This document shows positions 52,384 through 61,233 of a DNA stretch of 64,000 nucleotides, one piece after another; position 1 is the stretch's first letter; the number at the start of each line of letters is the position of its first letter. The translations under genes were made by a program, and so were the position numbers. This DNA comes from a virus. Taxonomy: Duplodnaviria > Heunggongvirae > Uroviricota > Caudoviricetes. The notes under the pieces were generated by a model. It saw only the letters and a list, made by a program, of their open reading frames with translations, did no database searches and was not told where the DNA came from. Where the stretch lies: IMG/VR virus record IMGVR_UViG_3300021963_008171, positions 10,995 through 74,994 of that record, one strand, 5' to 3'.

Positions 52384-53825
52384 TATGCTTTACAATTTAT
52401 TAAAAGTACGTTATTGCCAAGATCCTTCGCCGTGATTAATTCATATTGCATATTATTAATCCCGTCGCTCTTGTAATCTATGGATCTTCTTTGCATTTCT
52501 GTAACAAATCTTCTTTCGTTTCTGGCTGTTGTTTCTCCCTTAGCCCATTTATTGTTTACTAATCCTTCGTCAACATGTGGCATGCATTCAAAATCTCCTT
52601 CTCTTCTAAATGGTATTGGCATATCAGTAACCGAAAAATCCTTCTTCTCAAATTCCACATTTTTATGATCTGCTCTTACTCCTTTTATTAAATCTGGTAT
52701 TTTTTCTGCTGATATATTTTCAAAATCATAATGCAAGACAGGATCTATTTTCTTTGAATGAAAATCCGATATTTGACTAGCATTATCTACGAATTTATCA
52801 AATATAAGTAATTCTGCTATCTCTCCCCTGAAATTTATAGGATTTCCTTTATCTGCATTGGTTCCTAAATACATCGGACTTTTATCTTCGTAATTGAACA
52901 TACCTCCAAATATGTAAGTGGATTTTTCCTCCTTGATGCCCTTTTCGTTAGATTTTCCAAGCTCGTCATTAAGAAAAAAGTTAAATCTGGACTCAGATTC
53001 TTTATACGAAGTTGTCACCCATGTCCATTCTTCGTCACTTCTTTTGAGCCAATTGTAAAACATAGTTTTGTCCTGGTTGTAAACCATGCTTGTTACTGCT
53101 CTTGAATTATTGAAAGAGATTGAATATGGACAATAGCTTTGCTTTCTAAAAACTGGAAATTCTATAAATTGTTTATCTTCCTCCCCTATTAACCATTCGT
53201 TATACTTTTCATTCTGTTGCTGAGCCCGGAATAAAACCGCTATGGTGTGATCTTTGGTTAACAGGTGATTCATTTCTTTTTTGTGAGGAATCTTTATCCA
53301 TGAATCCTCCCCATTAAAAATTGCAACATTCTTCTGATCGTACTTTTTATACACCCTGCAGTTAGAGTATCCCTCGAAATGAGCACGGAAAAAAAGATCA
53401 TCGTCTTCCATTCCCCAATCCCAATAGTTATTAGAATATCCATTTGTTCTCTCCACCTGCTCCTTGGTAAAAAGAACCACCCCGCCAAAGTATTGTTCGT
53501 AATTTAATTTGTAATCATACTTTGATAGTTTGGTTGCTATATGAACAGGATTTTCTCCTGGGTAGGAATAATCACAGTCTTCTGACACTGGTATCATATC
53601 AATATCGTGCCATGCTATGTAATCACATCCGTCATCAAAAGCAAACTTGGCTGCAATGTTCTTCATTAAACCCCGGTTAAAGAGTTTATCGTCCATTTGA
53701 TTTGCAACATAGAATTTATGTTCTATTCCTCTCTTGTTCAGAAATTCTGTCAAGTGCGGAACTAGTTTTTGTAAATGTTCGTATCTATTTCTGTATGGGA
53801 TACAGATTCCAAGTTTATGTTTCAT
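52383..53825 (-). CDS. GT7 (beta-1,4-galactosyltransferase-like) glycosyltransferase with an inserted LamG-like domain
   Basis: Start ATG 53825, forming an ATGA overlap. IPYRNRYEHL..., FNRGLMKN, HDIDMIPV and YFGGVVLFTKEQVERTNGYSNNYWDWGMEDDDLFFR compare with mammalian B4GalT1 [36 protein letters not shown]. The C-terminal tail SDGINNMQYELI... resumes the GT7 fold after a ~230-aa insert. Confidence 0.8.
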   Translation of the reverse strand: MKHKLGICIPYRNRYEHLQKLVPHLTEFLNKRGIEHKFYVANQMDDKLFNRGLMKNIAAKFAFDDGCDYIAWHDIDMIPVSEDCDYSYPGENPVHIATKLSKYDYKLNYEQYFGGVVLFTKEQVERTNGYSNNYWDWGMEDDDLFFRAHFEGYSNCRVYKKYDQKNVAIFNGEDSWIKIPHKKEMNHLLTKDHTIAVLFRAQQQNEKYNEWLIGEEDKQFIEFPVFRKQSYCPYSISFNNSRAVTSMVYNQDKTMFYNWLKRSDEEWTWVTTSYKESESRFNFFLNDELGKSNEKGIKEEKSTYIFGGMFNYEDKSPMYLGTNADKGNPINFRGEIAELLIFDKFVDNASQISDFHSKKIDPVLHYDFENISAEKIPDLIKGVRADHKNVEFEKKDFSVTDMPIPFRREGDFECMPHVDEGLVNNKWAKGETTARNERRFVTEMQRRSIDYKSDGINNMQYELITAKDLGNNVLLINCKA

Positions 53826-55234
53826 ATGCCTACGTCTACCCAAGTTATATTCTTGTCTTTTTTTATTCCGTGTTCTGTGAATTTGATTCTGAATACACCA
53901 TCATCTTCATCTGATGATGACATACTATAATTTTTAGAAACCTCGTTGATGAACCTCAATTGATTCCATCTAGTTGCCTGATCCTTCCATTTATTTTCAA
54001 AGAATCCATTCTCACTGTGACCAAGTGCTTTGAATAATCCCTTCCTCCTTCTGGGAATTTCTAATTTTTTGTGTGATGGAATTTCCATTTCCCTGATATC
54101 ACAATTGAATATTCTAGCATGATTCCTATTTCCGGATTGATCTACCAATCGATAATTTCTGATACTTTTTGCATTGTAAAGAAGATGTAGCTCGTTAGAA
54201 ATTTTATATTTTCTAAATTTTTGATTTTTAGTTAATTCCTCTACCTCTTCTTTGGATAAACATTTCTTGACAACTGCAAATGAGTCTATCAGTCCTTTAA
54301 ACATATTAGGATCTCCTATTCTGTGTGGATTTCCTGCTCCTAGATAAAACAAATCAACATCATCATATGACCTTAAAGATTCGAATCCCTCAGATTCTCC
54401 TATTAATTCACCATCCTGATAGAATTTGATTTTCTTTTCTCCTAATGATATTGTCACACAAACTGTAGTTTGATAGTTTGTTTTAATATCGGAATTCACG
54501 TAAAAAGCTTTTTCTTCCTTATCGAATGTTACAAAATTGTATCTCTGAAAAGAATTATAAGAAACTGCAGTGTCATATCCAGGTAAGCTAAATGCTGTAA
54601 AAACGTCCGAATCCTTTGTGTGATCACACTCGATATCTTCTGGATAAAAAGAAACAAAAAATGTTAGATCCGTATCAAGATCAAAATTGTTTTTAATCTC
54701 GACGTAAGAATTAATTCCATTAAAATATAATGCTGTGAATTTCTTTTTTGAATTCTTAACAAATCCAAAATCAGTCTCACATCCGTTTCTAACGCATCTT
54801 AATAATAGATCATCGTCTTCGAATCCCCATCCCCAATATCTGTTTGAGTAACCATTTATTCTTCTAAATTCATCTGCTGGAAAAATAGTAACACCACCAA
54901 AATATTGATCGAAAGTCTTTTTTGTATTTCCAGATTCTACCTCCACTATATTTTTAGCCAAGTGAACTGGGAATGGTGAATAACTATAATCAACATCAAC
55001 AGGAAGAAGATCTATGTCATGAAATACCACATAATTACATCCAAGTCTTTTTGCGTATTTGAATCCAATATTTAAGAGCATCCCACGGTTAAATTGCTTA
55101 GCATCATCTTGGTTGATAATGATAAGCTCGAATGAGATCCTTTTCTCGTCAAGATAATTTATTAGATGTCTCTTGAATGCTAGAAGATGCTCCCATCTGT
55201 GCCGATGAGGTACTATTACTCCTAGTTTATTCAT
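53822..55234 (-). CDS. GT7 (beta-1,4-galactosyltransferase-like) glycosyltransferase with an inserted LamG-like domain (paralog)
   Basis: VPHRHRWEHL, FNRGMLLN, HDIDLLPV and YFGGVTIFPADEFRRINGYSNRYWGWGFEDDDLLLR. The insert contains FKGLIDSFAVVKKCLSKEEVEEL. The tail ...NITWVDVGI compares with B4GalT1 ...TQITVDIG. Confidence 0.8.
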   Translation of the reverse strand: MNKLGVIVPHRHRWEHLLAFKRHLINYLDEKRISFELIIINQDDAKQFNRGMLLNIGFKYAKRLGCNYVVFHDIDLLPVDVDYSYSPFPVHLAKNIVEVESGNTKKTFDQYFGGVTIFPADEFRRINGYSNRYWGWGFEDDDLLLRCVRNGCETDFGFVKNSKKKFTALYFNGINSYVEIKNNFDLDTDLTFFVSFYPEDIECDHTKDSDVFTAFSLPGYDTAVSYNSFQRYNFVTFDKEEKAFYVNSDIKTNYQTTVCVTISLGEKKIKFYQDGELIGESEGFESLRSYDDVDLFYLGAGNPHRIGDPNMFKGLIDSFAVVKKCLSKEEVEELTKNQKFRKYKISNELHLLYNAKSIRNYRLVDQSGNRNHARIFNCDIREMEIPSHKKLEIPRRRKGLFKALGHSENGFFENKWKDQATRWNQLRFINEVSKNYSMSSSDEDDGVFRIKFTEHGIKKDKNITWVDVGI

Positions 55235-55430
55235 TCAAATTATCGTTTTCTTCTACGAATTTAGTGTGGAATTCAGACAGATAGAATTGGATTCGGTTGC
55301 TCCATTCGTTTTTGTCTATCTCCTCTACCCAAGCTGTTAGGTCTTCCATACAGTTTGCAATCTTTTCTAATGCTTTAACCTTTCTGATTTCCAGGTCTTG
55401 TGGATTTTCTGTTTTTTTAGATACTGACAT
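55227..55430 (-). CDS. hypothetical small acidic protein
   Basis: 67-codon ATG ORF with an 8-nt overlap onto the downstream gene. Confidence 0.45.
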   Translation of the reverse strand: MSVSKKTENPQDLEIRKVKALEKIANCMEDLTAWVEEIDKNEWSNRIQFYLSEFHTKFVEENDNLNE

Positions 55431-55441
55431 GATTTCTGTTT

Positions 55442-56287
55442 TTATATGGATGTGATAATTTTTATTAATTTTTTCCAGGAAGTGTATCCATCATAGCTGT
55501 TTACATTCTGCTCGAACATAAATGAAGGATCGCTTACGTCTAGTTTATTCTCTATTATAGCATCATACATCTTTTTATATTCGGATGAAAATGCATATTG
55601 TGAATTTACGTCCGCCACAGCCTTGATCCTTTCTAGACACGTTGAATCCCATTTGAAGTGATGAACTTGGACCGAGTATTTTTCAACTGGAGCAATTAAT
55701 GGATGATTCCACCCCTGCCATTTCCATGTTGTATAGCCATCTATCTTTGCATAGTGCTGGCCAGAAGTTATTTGAACGTGCCCCTTTACCAAACAAACTT
55801 TATTTGGGCAGGCATTACTTAGTGGATATCTAAAAAACCCAGCAAGTGGAAATTGAGAAAATATGTCTTTTCCTGATCTTATTCTGGGGAATTCACCATC
55901 TTCTCCTAATCTATCAACAAATCCACCTCTAACCAAATCCCACCCATTTTTTTCGCAGTCGTCTGCTATTCTTCTTGGATGATCGTTGTAAAGATGAAAT
56001 TCATCAATATCAGCAACCATCCACCAATCGTTAGGATGCTCATATTTACAAGAATTATAAATTGTGGTTACCTCTTCCCAGTCAAAACCCCTACTTTTTC
56101 TGGATCCGCAGATTTTTACATTCTTGTGATCCTTTATCTTTTCCTCTACCTGTTTTTTTAAATCTGGATAAAGATCCGATTCATAGACGTAAAACAAAAT
56201 TTCATCCACATTAAATTTACTATAATGTTGAATGAAGTGGGGTATAAGATTAACCCCGTGTCCTATTACTGATACGACTCTAAGCAT
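55442..56287 (-). CDS. glycosyltransferase-like protein (GT2_4/GT92-like, DxDEF motif)
   Basis: DWWMVADIDEFHLY resembles the dW....D.DEf motif of the Glyco_tranf_2_4 and GT92 families. Confidence 0.45.
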   Translation of the reverse strand: MLRVVSVIGHGVNLIPHFIQHYSKFNVDEILFYVYESDLYPDLKKQVEEKIKDHKNVKICGSRKSRGFDWEEVTTIYNSCKYEHPNDWWMVADIDEFHLYNDHPRRIADDCEKNGWDLVRGGFVDRLGEDGEFPRIRSGKDIFSQFPLAGFFRYPLSNACPNKVCLVKGHVQITSGQHYAKIDGYTTWKWQGWNHPLIAPVEKYSVQVHHFKWDSTCLERIKAVADVNSQYAFSSEYKKMYDAIIENKLDVSDPSFMFEQNVNSYDGYTSWKKLIKIITSI

Positions 56288-57011
56288 TTTTTCTTTTTAA
56301 TATAGTTATACCGCTCGAAGCTGGTTTTTCTTTTAATCTTCCATAATTGAATAAATTAAAAATTTCCCATTCATCGTTATTAAAATCCTTTACGAATTGG
56401 GAAGGACCTGAGAAATCATGGAAATCCTTTTTCTGGTCCTCTGTTACTATATAATTTTCTGAAAAGCTTGGATCTGTGTCGTGTATAGCGATTATCCCAT
56501 TCTTTTCCATTATCGTGCTGTACATATTAAAATCCTTGGAAACCCCTTCATATGAATGATCGCCGTCTATAAATAAGAAATCTATTTTGATGTCTTGCAT
56601 TATAAAGAAATCATAGAATGCTTTCTCTGATGTTTCTTTTATAAATCTTGGGTGGAAATTAGATCTATAGAATCCAGATTCGTCCATCATATTGGATTGT
56701 CCCCCGATTCCATTGCAAGGATCTACCACGTAGGTAGCTCCGATATCTCCCCAATTGTAATCGGGATTTCCTTCGAATATTCCCGAACCGTGTAAATCTA
56801 TTCTTGCCTGTGTCATTATCCTAGGAATAAAACCTCCCCCGCTCCCAATACACACGCAATTTTTAGATCTTGTAAACTGGATAAGCGAGTATATTAATAG
56901 TCCATCGCCTAGATCAGAATCCGTTGCACCATGTGACCAGCGGAAAGGTACAGGAATTTCCCCGTCGTTTGTTATCTTTTCCCTGATATAATCTAAATTC
57001 AATACCATCAT
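56280..57011 (-). CDS. class I SAM-dependent methyltransferase (Methyltransf_24/CmcI-like)
   Basis: Motif I CVCIGSGGGFIP, then FLFIDGDHSYEGVSKDFNMY...GIIAIHD. Confidence 0.6.
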   Translation of the reverse strand: MMVLNLDYIREKITNDGEIPVPFRWSHGATDSDLGDGLLIYSLIQFTRSKNCVCIGSGGGFIPRIMTQARIDLHGSGIFEGNPDYNWGDIGATYVVDPCNGIGGQSNMMDESGFYRSNFHPRFIKETSEKAFYDFFIMQDIKIDFLFIDGDHSYEGVSKDFNMYSTIMEKNGIIAIHDTDPSFSENYIVTEDQKKDFHDFSGPSQFVKDFNNDEWEIFNLFNYGRLKEKPASSGITILKRKNA

Positions 57012-57116
57012 TTTATTTTATCAATTAAGGATGAAAGATTTCACCAAAACGAAACTTAATAGTAAACAAATAGTATTACATTTTATATTCGGAAGGATTT
57101 ATATTATATTTACACC

Positions 57117-57899
57117 ATGGGACAAAAAATAATGACAATAGGGGACGTTCACGGGAGGGATACCTGGAAGTTTCTGACCCATGGGAGTAGTTATGAATTC
57201 GAGCAATGGTCTATTATGGTCGAAAATGGTGCGGATCCCAGTGATGAAATGTTCAAGGATGATTATCCATATTTCGGGGTAGATAAGATTGTTTTTATCG
57301 GTGACTATGTTGATAGCTTCACGGTATCAAATGTTGAGATTAAGAGAAATCTGGAAGACATTATTATGTTTAAAAAGAAAATGCCGGATAAAGTGATTCT
57401 TCTTTGGGGAAATCATGATGTTCAGTATTTTATCCCAAATCAAATTTGCAGCGGGTTTAGACCAGAGGCTAAATGGGACTTACAAATTCTATTTGATCAC
57501 AACAAAGAGCTTTTTCAAATGGCGTATCAGGAGGGAGAATATCTTTGGACCCATGCTGGTTTATTGAAACCGGTTCTTTCGGATATGCTAAAAATGTACC
57601 CAGATTTGAAAGAATTTAAAACTGAGATGGATATTTTGAATCATGCTTTTGAAATGGAAATTCCACAGATATTTCAGGTCGATGGAGCAAGTGGGGGATG
57701 GAGTATGTATGGAGGACCTTTATGGGTAAGACCTAAACAGCTCGAGCAGTACGGATGTAGATTGAATCAAATAGTAGGTCACACCCCGCAGAAAAAATTA
57801 GTTGAAATTGAAACAGGTCATGGTTATAAAATCTGGCTAACGGATTACATCGAATATAATGAAGAATCGGAGATCATTCCATTTATACTAGAGATATGA
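57117..57899 (+). CDS. calcineurin-like metallophosphoesterase
   Basis: MTIGDVHGR, VFIGDYVDS, LWGNHD and WTHAG. Confidence 0.85.
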   Translation: MGQKIMTIGDVHGRDTWKFLTHGSSYEFEQWSIMVENGADPSDEMFKDDYPYFGVDKIVFIGDYVDSFTVSNVEIKRNLEDIIMFKKKMPDKVILLWGNHDVQYFIPNQICSGFRPEAKWDLQILFDHNKELFQMAYQEGEYLWTHAGLLKPVLSDMLKMYPDLKEFKTEMDILNHAFEMEIPQIFQVDGASGGWSMYGGPLWVRPKQLEQYGCRLNQIVGHTPQKKLVEIETGHGYKIWLTDYIEYNEESEIIPFILEI

Positions 57900-58180
57900 T
57901 ATCAAAAAAGACAAAAGAAAGAGCGAAACAAATTATGAATGGAACATATACTCCGCCGGAGCCTGAAAAAATTGCTGTTAAATTCGAGGTCACAGAAAAA
58001 CAGTATAAAAAATATAAGAGATGGAGAAATGCTAAAACTAAAAAAGACGGGGAGCTTTATGTCGGAACAATCGGAGGAGCATATACTTTTTGCTTTACTG
58101 CAACCGGAATAGGAGAAATAGTAACGGTGAGAGCAGCAGACGGAGACGAGTTAGATTTAACAGATTATAATACTTGGTAA
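57896..58180 (+). CDS. hypothetical protein
   Basis: 94 codons with an ATGA overlap onto the phosphoesterase gene. Confidence 0.5.
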   Translation: MISKKTKERAKQIMNGTYTPPEPEKIAVKFEVTEKQYKKYKRWRNAKTKKDGELYVGTIGGAYTFCFTATGIGEIVTVRAADGDELDLTDYNTW

Positions 58181-58782
58181 TGAAGGTAATATTTTTAGAT
58201 CACGATGGAGTGATATGTCTTTCTAATAATTGGGGAGGTAGAATGAAGAAGCAGAAAGAGTATGGCAGAAAGATGAGCCAATCTGTTAATGAACTTCCTG
58301 TGGAGGTTAGATTCGATAATTTTGACAAAAAAGCAATTGACACATTAAATGAAATACTGGAAGAAACTGGTGCTGAAATTGTTGTCTCATCTGATTGGAA
58401 AAGATGGGCCACTGTTGAGGAGATGGGTGAATATTACGAGTCACAGGGGATCAAAAAGAAACCCATAGATTGTACTCCATATTTCAGAGATCTCATGAAA
58501 GACGGAAAGGCTCCTAAAATAGGAGAATTTCACTATCAAAGATTTGAAGATCTTGAACAGGAGAGGCATTTTGAAATCCTGGATTATTTAAGAGATCATC
58601 CAGAGATAACACATTGGGTTGCTATTGATGATTTAAATATGGGTATCGACATTGTTTATACCGACGGACAGGAGGATCAAAGATATTGGGGACTTACAAA
58701 TTTTGTTTGGACGCCAAGAGAAGATGAAGGAATTAAACAATCAGGTATCAAAGAAAAGATTTTAAAATTTTTAAAACAATAA
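58180..58782 (+). CDS. HAD-like phosphatase-fold protein
   Basis: ATG 58180 forms a TAATG overlap. Motifs VIFLDHDGVI, VVSSDWK and VAIDDLN. Confidence 0.55.
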   Translation: MKVIFLDHDGVICLSNNWGGRMKKQKEYGRKMSQSVNELPVEVRFDNFDKKAIDTLNEILEETGAEIVVSSDWKRWATVEEMGEYYESQGIKKKPIDCTPYFRDLMKDGKAPKIGEFHYQRFEDLEQERHFEILDYLRDHPEITHWVAIDDLNMGIDIVYTDGQEDQRYWGLTNFVWTPREDEGIKQSGIKEKILKFLKQ

Positions 58783-58787
58783 TAATT

Positions 58788-58973
58788 ATGGAATACGCAC
58801 CGGTTTTTGGATTAATGTTTATAGTAGTTGCTTTCATATCGTGGCAATGGGTTAGAGGTATTGACAACATGAAAAAGAATCATCCTGATTACAAAGGTGA
58901 GGATTTTTTAAACTGGGGAGATGAAGATATCGATGACGAATTTAGCAGGCAAAATAAAAATAATAACAAATGA
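58788..58973 (+). CDS. small single-pass membrane protein
   Basis: TM segment YAPVFGLMFIVVAFISWQWV. Confidence 0.45.
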   Translation: MEYAPVFGLMFIVVAFISWQWVRGIDNMKKNHPDYKGEDFLNWGDEDIDDEFSRQNKNNNK

Positions 58974-59329
58974 AAAGAGTATTAAAAAAGATTTTTATCA
59001 ACAAATTCTCGGAGATCCTACTGATTATTTTCGTAGCAGGATTCTCTCTTGATCTTTTAGCGTTCCCACTAATGAGCGCACCGAGTTCAATAAAGAATAT
59101 AATAGGAGGTGCAATTCTGGTTTTCTTTGTCATGTTCATCGTTATGTATGCAAGTGAAATGCTATCAGACGGAAAAAAAGAAGCCGAAGATTCTGAGGAT
59201 CCGGGAGAAACTGAATTGGATTATATCCCGAAGGATAAGCTACCAAAAAAGAAGAAAAATTCCAAGCAATTTCCCGAAATTAAGAGCGATGAACCCTTTG
59301 TAAAAACAAGAAAGAAAGCAAAAAAATAG
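58970..59329 (+). CDS. two-helix membrane protein with a charged tail
   Basis: Helices EILLIIFVAGFSLDLLAFPLM and IIGGAILVFFVMFIVMYA. It sits directly upstream of the SPFH gene. Confidence 0.5.
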   Translation: MKRVLKKIFINKFSEILLIIFVAGFSLDLLAFPLMSAPSSIKNIIGGAILVFFVMFIVMYASEMLSDGKKEAEDSEDPGETELDYIPKDKLPKKKKNSKQFPEIKSDEPFVKTRKKAKK

Positions 59330-59333
59330 TAAT

Positions 59334-60251
59334 ATGAATTTCGAAGAAAGATATGCTCAACAAATCAAAGAGAGGGAAGAGCAAGCACAACAAGAAAAAT
59401 TAAAAAAACAAATAAAACAAAAACAGATGATGAGAAACATTTTAATTGGGGTTGGGTTATTTTTTACACTAACCTTTTTATTCTTCTCTTGTGAGAGGAT
59501 CGATGCAGGACACGTTGGCGTCAAGGTGAATCAGTACGGGGATAATAAAGGCGTGGATGATGTTGTTGCAGTTACCGGTATGGTATTCTTTAATCCATTC
59601 ACAACTGCAATCTATGAATTTCCAACTTTTATTCAACACAAAGAATATAAAGGAGAGAATTCATTTGTGGTAAATAGCAAAGATGGTTCTGAATTTAGTG
59701 TTTCTCCTATTATGAACTACTCCGTACAGAGAGATAAAGTACCAGCAATCTTTAGTAAGTATCGTAGACCATTAGAAGATATTGAAGAAGGCTTTTTAAA
59801 AACTGCTGTGTATGATGCTTTTAGATTGGCAACTAATAAATATACTGCGGATGAATTAATTTCAAACAGAGCAGTATTTGAAATTGAGGTTCGCAGATTA
59901 CTAGACGGACAACTATTAAAAGAGGGTTTTATCATTAATCAATTCACGTCTAACCTGATCTACCCAGAAACATTTAAGAAATCTATTGAAGCTAAAAATA
60001 ATGCGGTACAAGCAGCTTTAAGAGCTGAGAACGAAGTTAAAACTGCAGAAGCACAAGCTAAGATTAAGGTAGCAACTGCTGAAGGTAATGCACAGGCTAT
60101 GCTAACGTCTGCAAAGGCAGAAGCTGAATCAAATAGAATGAAACAGCAGACATTAACACCACTGTTATTGCAATTGGAGTACATTAATAAATGGGACGGA
60201 AAACTTCCTGTTTATGGAACTGCACCTATGTTATATAAACCGGTTAACTAG
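59334..60251 (+). CDS. SPFH/band-7 (prohibitin-like) membrane protein
   Basis: N-terminal TM helix, IDAGHVGVKVNQYG, and a C-terminal Ala/Glu/Lys coiled region ...ALRAENEVKTAEAQAKIKVATAEGNAQA.... Confidence 0.8.
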   Translation: MNFEERYAQQIKEREEQAQQEKLKKQIKQKQMMRNILIGVGLFFTLTFLFFSCERIDAGHVGVKVNQYGDNKGVDDVVAVTGMVFFNPFTTAIYEFPTFIQHKEYKGENSFVVNSKDGSEFSVSPIMNYSVQRDKVPAIFSKYRRPLEDIEEGFLKTAVYDAFRLATNKYTADELISNRAVFEIEVRRLLDGQLLKEGFIINQFTSNLIYPETFKKSIEAKNNAVQAALRAENEVKTAEAQAKIKVATAEGNAQAMLTSAKAEAESNRMKQQTLTPLLLQLEYINKWDGKLPVYGTAPMLYKPVN

Positions 60252-60278
60252 GATTTACAAGAAACTAAATCTTCCTCC

Positions 60279-60297
60279 GAATATATAATCCTCAATT
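60279..60297 (+). promoter_or_regulatory. GAATATATAATCCTCAATT: promoter-like motif upstream of the tmRNA
   Basis: Combines the ATATATAA core with AATCCTCA(A)TT, which also follows the core in the two leader boxes. It ends 16 nt before the tmRNA 5' end. Confidence 0.45.
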
Positions 60298-60313
60298 AGT
60301 TCTTTTAAATATT

Positions 60314-60725
60314 GGGGATGACATGGCATTTGATCCGGATGTGGATTTTAATACTACACGCAGAGGTATGGTACTCATCCTCTTTAATCTCGGTACAAAC
60401 AAGTAAACGACGTAGAATTATCTACCATGACTTTCGAAGACGCAATGTCTTTCGTAGGTGCTGATTACGCACTAGCTGCCTAATCACTCCCGCACACATC
60501 GTGGGACTTAAAATAGAATGTGTACCAAGGTGTGATTTCTACCCAAAAAGGAATAAGGTCACGTTCAGAGGACTACCTTAATACAAGTGAACTCGACACA
60601 GTTATTGGTAACGATGTCAAAATAGGAACCATTTATTTTGTTAGGCAAGAAAAACTAGCTAAGCGTGTGAGACGTTAGTATTATTATTTCTTTCGGAGAC
60701 CGGGGTTCGAATCCCCGCATCTCCA
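60314..60725 (+). ncRNA. ssrA: tmRNA (transfer-messenger RNA)
   Basis: 5' GGGGATG pairs with CATCTCC (60718-60724), including a G3:U pair. T-arm CGGGG-TTCGAAT-CCCCG. Discriminator A at 60725. The internal tag frame ends ...GGT GCT GAT TAC GCA CTA GCT GCC TAA (GADYALAA*, stop 60481-60483). Confidence 0.9.
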
Positions 60726-60737
60726 CAAATTTTATAT

Positions 60738-60812
<75 letters not shown>

Positions 60813-60823
60813 AATTTAAAATC

Positions 60824-61207
60824 ATGTCTACCAATTGTAATATCTGCAGCGAAAAATGTTTTGGAAAGGATGGATATGATGGAAGTTGCTGTACAATAGA
60901 AGCACGTGACTATATCATAGGTCCACATAAGGACGCTAAGCAATTCATTCAATCATTATCATTAAAGCTCGGAAGAGAGATCAGCTACGAGTCAATATTC
61001 ATTGATTACGAAGAAGGAAAAAGACTTTTTCCCGACAAATCCGCATGGCAAAGCCCAACTTCATATCCTGCATTCAGAGTTGATCTAAATAATCCAAGAA
61101 ACCCCTGCATCTTTTACAATACAGTAGTTAAATCATGTATGGTATATGATATCAGACCAGAAACATGCGAGACATATCAATGCGATTATCTTAAAAGTAA
61201 TCTCTGA
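60824..61207 (+). CDS. YkgJ-family (CxxCxxCC) Cys-cluster protein
   Basis: ATG 60824 is in frame with track ORF 60752, whose 5' part overlaps the tRNA. CNICSEKCFGKDGYDGSCC...CIFYN...CMVYDIRPETCETYQC. Confidence 0.6.
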   Translation: MSTNCNICSEKCFGKDGYDGSCCTIEARDYIIGPHKDAKQFIQSLSLKLGREISYESIFIDYEEGKRLFPDKSAWQSPTSYPAFRVDLNNPRNPCIFYNTVVKSCMVYDIRPETCETYQCDYLKSNL

Positions 61208-61214
61208 TATATAG
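61206..61214 (+). promoter_or_regulatory. GATATATAG motif variant
   Basis: Overlaps the stop of the previous gene. Lies 19 nt before ATG 61234. Confidence 0.3.
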
Positions 61215-61233
61215 ATGCAAAACACGTGCATCA

